In this document: one piece after another, positions 1 through 4,472 of the stretch
Numbering within the stretch: position 1 is the first letter of the stretch
How the letters are laid out: every line of letters begins with the position of its first letter
Assembly (NCBI GenBank): GCA_013378385.1
Contig: JACAFS010000058.1
Location: forward strand, 1 to 5,531
From: Nitrososphaerota archaeon
GTDB taxonomy: Archaea; Thermoproteota; Nitrososphaeria; Nitrososphaerales; UBA57
Length of the DNA stretch: 5,531 nucleotides
Reading direction: 5' to 3'
The notes under the pieces: model-generated
Databases searched by the model: none
What the model saw: only the letters and a program-made list of their open reading frames with translations
What the model was told of the DNA's origin: nothing
Position numbers and translations under genes: made by a program

Positions 1-138
1 TCGCGTCTCTGATAGCCGCCTTCTCGTCTCTGATAGTTATCGCGTCTCTGATAGCCGCCTTCTCGTCTCTGATAGTTATCGCGTCTCTGATAGCCGCCTT
101 CTCGTCTCTGATAGTTATCGCGTCTCTGATAGCCGCCT
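1..138. repeat. Perfect 39-bp tandem repeat (3 full copies, a 20-nt partial copy, and the last base of a further copy at position 1), lying inside the dnaG coding frame
   Basis: The unit cgcgtctctgatagccgccttctcgtctctgatagttat occurs identically at 2..40, 41..79 and 80..118. 119..138 matches its first 20 nt and then diverges. Each unit contains cgtctctgatag twice, giving 21/18-nt sub-periods. The period is a multiple of 3. In the dnaG frame it encodes EGGYQRR + DNYQRR. Confidence 0.95.
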
Positions 139-968
139 CCATCTTTCGTATTATCAGATCCTTCTGATTTTAGACATTCTAGTAATTCTACTGGAGTGAG
201 GTCTTCTACTTCTTTTCCTCTTGTTGCTCTAGATACTTTTGTTAATTTCACAACACTACTCAATTCTCTTAGTATCAAATCTCCTCCTCTATCACCATCA
301 AGAAATGCAGATAGGCTCTTTGTTTTTGCTAATTCTACGATTGTTTGTGGTACACTTGTTCCTTCTACTGCTATAGTGTTCTCAATTCCAACTCTCATTA
401 AATTCAATATGTCTGCTCTTCCTTCTACAACGATTATCTCATTAGAAGTGTTTATAGCAGGACCTGCTGGACATTCATCTTTACCGAATGCTAATACTTT
501 TCCTTTTTGAACAGTTGATTCTGATATATCTTTTAACATATCTTCACCTTCACTAGATGATTTTGAAGCCCAATTTCTAGAAATTTCTTTTGCACGTTCG
601 ACAATTGCATTTCTTTTTACTGCTCTGACATCGTCAATTGATAATAGTTTAAATTTCGAACCACATGGCCCTACTTTATCAATCTGTTCTACTGCTGCAG
701 CAATTAAAGAAACGGTAGATATGTCTGTACTCATTGGAATAGTAACTGATCCACTGGCTTTGCCATTTTGTGATTCAATTAAGATTTCTATTCTTCCTAC
801 TTTCCAGTTCTTTTGAAGCTCATTAAGATTCATTTCTGGTCCAAATAGGCCTTCAGTTTGGCCGAATATTGCACCAATAATGTCTGCTTTATCTACTGCT
901 CCGTCTATCTCAAAACTCAGTTTTGCTAAATATTTTACTATAGTTTCTGGCAATTGAATTAACACCAA
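1..968 (-). CDS. dnaG: Archaeal DnaG-type primase / TOPRIM protein (partial; C-terminus continues beyond the left window edge) with a C-terminal YQRR repeat tail
   Basis: Manual minus-strand translation from 968 to 1 has no stop. It reads (M/L)VLIQLPETIVKYLAKLSFEIDGAVDKADIIGAIFGQTEGLFGPEMNLNELQKNWKVGRIEILIESQNG...NEIIVVEGRADILNLMRVGIENTIAVEGTSVP...FLDGDRGGDLILREL...KDGGGYQRRDNYQRREGGYQRR... The IGAIFGQTEGL block is the archaeal DnaG N-terminal signature. VVEGRAD (Glu codon 425..423) and DGDRGGD (299..291) are the TOPRIM Glu and DxD motifs. The start is ambiguous: TTG 968, GTG 965 or TTG 953, all in frame. A stop lies at 971..969. The first in-frame ATG (833) is downstream of the conserved N-terminal motif, so the start is non-ATG. 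Confidence 0.85.
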   Translation of the reverse strand, partial: MVLIQLPETIVKYLAKLSFEIDGAVDKADIIGAIFGQTEGLFGPEMNLNELQKNWKVGRIEILIESQNGKASGSVTIPMSTDISTVSLIAAAVEQIDKVGPCGSKFKLLSIDDVRAVKRNAIVERAKEISRNWASKSSSEGEDMLKDISESTVQKGKVLAFGKDECPAGPAINTSNEIIVVEGRADILNLMRVGIENTIAVEGTSVPQTIVELAKTKSLSAFLDGDRGGDLILRELSSVVKLTKVSRATRGKEVEDLTPVELLECLKSEGSDNTKDGGGYQRRDNYQRREGGYQRRDNYQRREGGYQRRDNYQRREGGYQRR

Positions 969-976
969 TTAAATAA

Positions 977-990
977 TATTTTTTATATAT
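977..990 (-). promoter_or_regulatory. Candidate TATA-like element upstream of dnaG
   Basis: The minus strand reads atatataaaaaata. Its centre is about 15-17 nt upstream of the TTG/GTG at 968/965 and about 30 nt upstream of the TTG at 953. The latter spacing fits an archaeal TATA box with a short-leader or leaderless mRNA. The call rests on pattern only, in a very AT-rich spacer. Confidence 0.3.
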
Positions 991-1032
991 CATAATTAAC
1001 ACCTTTAATTAGAGTCTACATTGATATAAAGA

Positions 1033-2055
1033 TTACAACCGAGTTAGCAATATCTCGGCCATATCTCTGACTCTCACTTCTAAACCGAATCTCTCTTCTT
1101 GTTTTTTCATTGTACGATATGTGGTCCAAACAGCCCCTGAATTCTTAATGAATGTATATGGACTAAGTTTATTGTTCATTTTTAATTTAATTACTTTGTA
1201 TACATCAGAATATACTTTGAAATGTTCTTTTACTTCTTCCACATATCCTGGAATATCGTTGATATTTCTATGTAATATCTCAGCACATTGAAGACTAGGG
1301 ATTATTCCTTCACCAATCAACGGAAATACAGTACCTATTGCCTCTCCAACTCCAACAACATTACCTTGTGTAAATGGCTGACAGACTTCTGGCGCAGATA
1401 ATCTGATTGGCCTACCTATTTTCTTTATTATTTTTCCACCGTGTTTCTTGTTGAAATTATCTAATTCTTCCATATGTTTTCGGTAATAATCTCCTGCTCC
1501 TACATATGCTGTATTCTTCATTAATGGAAAATACCAAAAATATCCGCTTGCTGTACTAAAAGGCTTTACATAAAAATCATCATAAGGTAACTTTTCATAT
1601 TCTACCATGTATTCTACACATGGTACAAGTAGTTGATCAGTAATCTTTGGTAACATTACTCTTTGTAGACTGGTAGCATCGATTACCAGGTCGTATTCAT
1701 CCGACGGAAATGTATTTGGCGTTATTCTCTCTCCATACTTGGCATTCAAACCCTTTGTCAAGTCTAACTCTAATTGATGTTTATCATACGTAACAAGACC
1801 TTTACATCCCACTTTTCTTATCTTTCCCTTTAATTCTAAGTTAATATGACTGCCATTGAAAAATACATAATCATTGAAATCAATATTGATCCGTGCAAAA
1901 ATTCTTTCCATTTCGCTTTTTGCCGCTCCCCATGCGCAAACAGCATTGAATTCTCCTGCTTTCTGCATTTCAAATCCTTGTACTTCGTGTTCTTTACTTA
2001 ATGTATGCAATAAATATGAACCTGCTACTCCTAATCCAATTATTGCTATCTTCAA
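1033..2055 (-). CDS. FAD/NAD(P)-dependent oxidoreductase, geranylgeranyl-reductase family (340 aa)
   Basis: The N-terminal Rossmann dinucleotide motif KIAIIGLGVAGS starts at residue 2. Other family-like blocks are AVCAWGA (compare the P-C-G-G region), SGYFWYFP (compare GYxWxFP) and VGVGEAIGTVFPLIGEGI (compare GDAAG..P..GEGI). The start is TTG at 2055..2053. There is no in-frame ATG/GTG/TTG between it and the upstream stop at 2103..2101. Confidence 0.6.
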   Translation of the reverse strand: MKIAIIGLGVAGSYLLHTLSKEHEVQGFEMQKAGEFNAVCAWGAAKSEMERIFARINIDFNDYVFFNGSHINLELKGKIRKVGCKGLVTYDKHQLELDLTKGLNAKYGERITPNTFPSDEYDLVIDATSLQRVMLPKITDQLLVPCVEYMVEYEKLPYDDFYVKPFSTASGYFWYFPLMKNTAYVGAGDYYRKHMEELDNFNKKHGGKIIKKIGRPIRLSAPEVCQPFTQGNVVGVGEAIGTVFPLIGEGIIPSLQCAEILHRNINDIPGYVEEVKEHFKVYSDVYKVIKLKMNNKLSPYTFIKNSGAVWTTYRTMKKQEERFGLEVRVRDMAEILLTRL

Positions 2056-2080
2056 GATAGTTTGAGAATACTCATCTCGG

Positions 2081-2094
2081 TTTATATGTATAAT
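2081..2094 (-). promoter_or_regulatory. Candidate TATA box for the oxidoreductase gene, in a divergent intergenic region
   Basis: tttatatgtataat reads attatacatataaa on the minus strand. It is centred about 27-33 nt upstream of the TTG start at 2055, which is consistent with a leaderless archaeal transcript. The call rests on pattern only. Confidence 0.3.
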
Positions 2095-2130
2095 GTTAAA
2101 TTATCATTATAGAGGCAACTTCATAAAGAG

Positions 2131-2138
2131 ATAAAAAG
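2131..2138 (+). promoter_or_regulatory. Candidate TATA-like element for the malic enzyme gene
   Basis: ataaaaag is centred about 28 nt upstream of the TTG start at 2163. No Shine-Dalgarno-like purine tract lies between them, suggesting a leaderless mRNA. The call rests on pattern only. Confidence 0.25.
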
Positions 2139-2162
2139 CCATAAACATTTAATTTAATTGAT

Positions 2163-3497
2163 TTGCCAGAAAAAAATAGAAGCGAACTAGAAAAAGCCGC
2201 CCAGAAACCTGGAGAAGACGCTCTAAAACTACATCCATTTTATAAAGGTAAAATTGAAACAATGCTGAAATGTTCTGTTCGATCTTTTGATGATTTTGCT
2301 ATATGGTATTCCCCTGGAGTTGCAGCTCCTTGTAAAGATATTAGTATTAATAAAGAAAAAGTTTTTGAACATACTAACCGGGGAAATTCTATTGCAATTG
2401 TTAGTGATGGCACACGTGTTTTAGGATTGGGTGATATAGGTCCTGAAGCTGGTTTACCTGTTATGGAAGGTAAAGCTCTACTTTTCAAATATCTTGGTGG
2501 AGTTGATGCAGTGCCAATAATGTTGGACACTAAAGATAAGGACGAAATAGTTCGATTTTGTAAAGTCATTGCCCCTACATTTGGCGGAATTAATCTTGAG
2601 GATATTGCAAGTCCAAAATGTTTTGATATTCTTTCCGAACTTCAACAAACTCTACCTATTCCTGTTTGGCATGATGATCAACAAGGTACTGCACTTGTAG
2701 TTATTGCAGGTATGATTAATGCTGCAAAATTTGTCAACAAAAGATTCAACACACTTAAGATCAGTTTAATTGGAAGTGGAGCAGCTAATGTTGCATTAGT
2801 CCGACTTCTAGCTAAAGCCGGTGTAGATATTAATAATATTGTTGTAGTTGATAGTCGCGGTATTATTAATCTTAATCGTGAAGATCTTAAGAATAACCCT
2901 GTAAAATGGAATATTGCTCAAACAACTAATAAATCTCAAATCACCGGTGGTATAAAAGAATCTTTACAAGATGTTGATGCATGTATTGCACTATCTAAAC
3001 CTGGTCCAGGGGTTATTGAAGGATCTTGGATTAAAGAAATGTCTGATAGTCCTATTGTCTTTGCATGTGCTAATCCTGTACCTGAGATTTGGCCTTGGGA
3101 TGCAAAAAGTGCAGGAGCTGCGATAGTTGCAACTGGCAGATCTGATTTTCCAAATCAGGTTAATAATTCATTAGGTTTTCCAGGATTATTCAGAGGTGCC
3201 CTAGATGTTAGAGCACTAAAACTTACTGATGGAATGTGTTTGGCCGCAGCATCTGAAATTGCTTCTTATGCGGAAAAAACAGGCCTCTCTGAGACTCATA
3301 TCGTTCCTACAATGGATGCACTTGAATTATTTGCTCATGAAGCAGCAGCAGTCGCAATGAAAGCTATTGAAGAGGGAGTGGCTCAAATCAAATTAGACAA
3401 GTCTGAAGTTTATGAAAATGCCTTAGAGGTCATTAAGCGTTCTCGTAATATCACACGTAACCAAATGGATTCAGGATTTATTAAACCTGCACCATGA
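2163..3497 (+). CDS. NAD(P)-dependent malic enzyme (oxaloacetate-decarboxylating malate dehydrogenase), small about 440-aa type
   Basis: Collinear malic-enzyme signature blocks are present: WYSPGVAAPC, IAIVSDGTRVLGLGDIGPEAGLPVMEGKALLFK, APTFGGINLEDIASPKCF, IPVWHDDQQGTA, the NAD(P)-binding LIGSGAANVA, and FACANPVPEI. The start is forced to TTG 2163. A stop lies at 2142..2144, and there is no in-frame ATG/GTG before the conserved ALKLHPFYKGKIE region. Confidence 0.92.
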   Translation: MPEKNRSELEKAAQKPGEDALKLHPFYKGKIETMLKCSVRSFDDFAIWYSPGVAAPCKDISINKEKVFEHTNRGNSIAIVSDGTRVLGLGDIGPEAGLPVMEGKALLFKYLGGVDAVPIMLDTKDKDEIVRFCKVIAPTFGGINLEDIASPKCFDILSELQQTLPIPVWHDDQQGTALVVIAGMINAAKFVNKRFNTLKISLIGSGAANVALVRLLAKAGVDINNIVVVDSRGIINLNREDLKNNPVKWNIAQTTNKSQITGGIKESLQDVDACIALSKPGPGVIEGSWIKEMSDSPIVFACANPVPEIWPWDAKSAGAAIVATGRSDFPNQVNNSLGFPGLFRGALDVRALKLTDGMCLAAASEIASYAEKTGLSETHIVPTMDALELFAHEAAAVAMKAIEEGVAQIKLDKSEVYENALEVIKRSRNITRNQMDSGFIKPAP

Positions 3498-4472
3498 TTA
3501 TTTGTTTAATTCAGCAGAAAATAATTTGATAAATTTATTTAGTTTATTATCAGGAATGCGAGCTCCACACGCTTTATTGTGACCTCCTCCCATTCCTCCT
3601 AGTTCTGGTGTTATCCTAGCTACTATTTTTCCCAATTCTGCCTTTGAATCATATCTTGCACGGAATGACATTTCATAATGACCATTTATAGTATTATGTC
3701 TATATGCAAATGCTACTGGAACATTTAATTCACCTATAATCATATTTGCTACCAAACCTATTGTCGGATTACTTGATTCCATACATGCAAAATTCTTGTA
3801 AGATTTTGCTTCTTTATTAACTGTCTTCATTATATTCTTCATTCTTTCTGCTTGTTTATTCGCTAGTTCTGGAACATCTTTAATTTCATGCGGAAAACTC
3901 AATTCTTGAAATGCATCAACAATCTTATTTCCAAACTGTGGTTTTGCTCCATCATATGCTAATGCATATGCTAACATTGTTGATTCAAGTAATACTAATT
4001 GACGATCATAGTTGCTAATCAAACTTTTTGCGATTTGTTGATGATCCATATAATCTGTTATTGCTGCATAACAAGCTAATATTGCCGCTTCTTTTGGCAC
4101 TTTTTTCTTTAATAATTCATATGTTAGTACTCCTGCGCATTCTTTTCTCGAATGTATTAATTTCACTTTTGCTTTTAGTATCTTTTTCTTTGTACTCGGT
4201 TTTAAAATATGATGATCTATGTAGGTAAATTTACCTTTTTTTGTTATTCTATTACATTCCTCAATAAATCTCTCTGAAATCGAATCATTCATGCCCAAAT
4301 CACAAACATACACGTTTGCATTATCTGGAATCTTCTCTAGTGTTTCTATTATCTTATCATAATTCACAAGAAATGTTTTTCCACCATTTGCTAATTTTAC
4401 TATTGATGCGGATGCTATTCCGTCAACATCTTTTCCATGGGAAATACAATATGTTTTTCTTTCTTCTTTCAT
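3498..4472 (-). CDS. DHH/DHHA1-family phosphoesterase (NrnA/RecJ-like nanoRNase or pAp phosphatase type), about 324 aa
   Basis: All DHH motifs are present: I HGKDVDGIAS, II VCDLG, III YIDHH (4217..4209), IV AAITDYMD, and the DHHA1 motif GGMGGGH (GGGH at 3590..3579). I prefer the ATG at 4472..4470, which forms an ATGA overlap with the upstream gene's stop, over the track's TTG at 4481. The 3' end is the TAA at 3500..3498. Confidence 0.85.
   Translation of the reverse strand: MKEERKTYCISHGKDVDGIASASIVKLANGGKTFLVNYDKIIETLEKIPDNANVYVCDLGMNDSISERFIEECNRITKKGKFTYIDHHILKPSTKKKILKAKVKLIHSRKECAGVLTYELLKKKVPKEAAILACYAAITDYMDHQQIAKSLISNYDRQLVLLESTMLAYALAYDGAKPQFGNKIVDAFQELSFPHEIKDVPELANKQAERMKNIMKTVNKEAKSYKNFACMESSNPTIGLVANMIIGELNVPVAFAYRHNTINGHYEMSFRARYDSKAELGKIVARITPELGGMGGGHNKACGARIPDNKLNKFIKLFSAELNK

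Noticed and set aside
3-134. Recurring CGTCTC (BsmBI/Esp3I recognition site), seven occurrences, which could hint at an engineered Golden Gate sequence
   Set aside because: Every occurrence is the reverse complement of the AGA-CG(C/A) Arg-Arg codons inside the repeat unit. The recurrence is simply a by-product of the tandem repeat.
1-138. Possible CRISPR array or non-coding satellite, because of regularly spaced identical repeats
   Set aside because: The copies are directly tandem with no unique spacers. The 39-bp period is a multiple of 3, and the array is in frame and continuous with the DnaG TOPRIM ORF. A coding repeat is the simpler reading.
196-510. 104-aa plus-strand ORF from the track
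   Set aside because: It lies entirely antisense to the well-supported DnaG TOPRIM region. The translation is Ser/Leu/Phe/Thr-rich with no motifs, which is typical of a shadow ORF in AT-rich DNA.
1874-2065. 63-aa plus-strand ORF
   Set aside because: It is antisense to the N-terminal Rossmann region of the oxidoreductase, has no recognisable motif, and is a shadow ORF.
969-2162. Small structured RNA genes (tRNA, snoRNA, riboswitch) in the two intergenic spacers, 969..1032 and 2056..2162
   Set aside because: The spacers are 64 and 107 nt and almost pure A/T. They lack a GC-rich stem, a cloverleaf or C/D-box (RUGAUGA...CUGA) pairs. The only stem found is a 7-bp A/T hairpin at 993..1011.
2240-2569. 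109-aa minus-strand ORF
   Set aside because: It is antisense to the most conserved part of the malic enzyme and is a shadow ORF.
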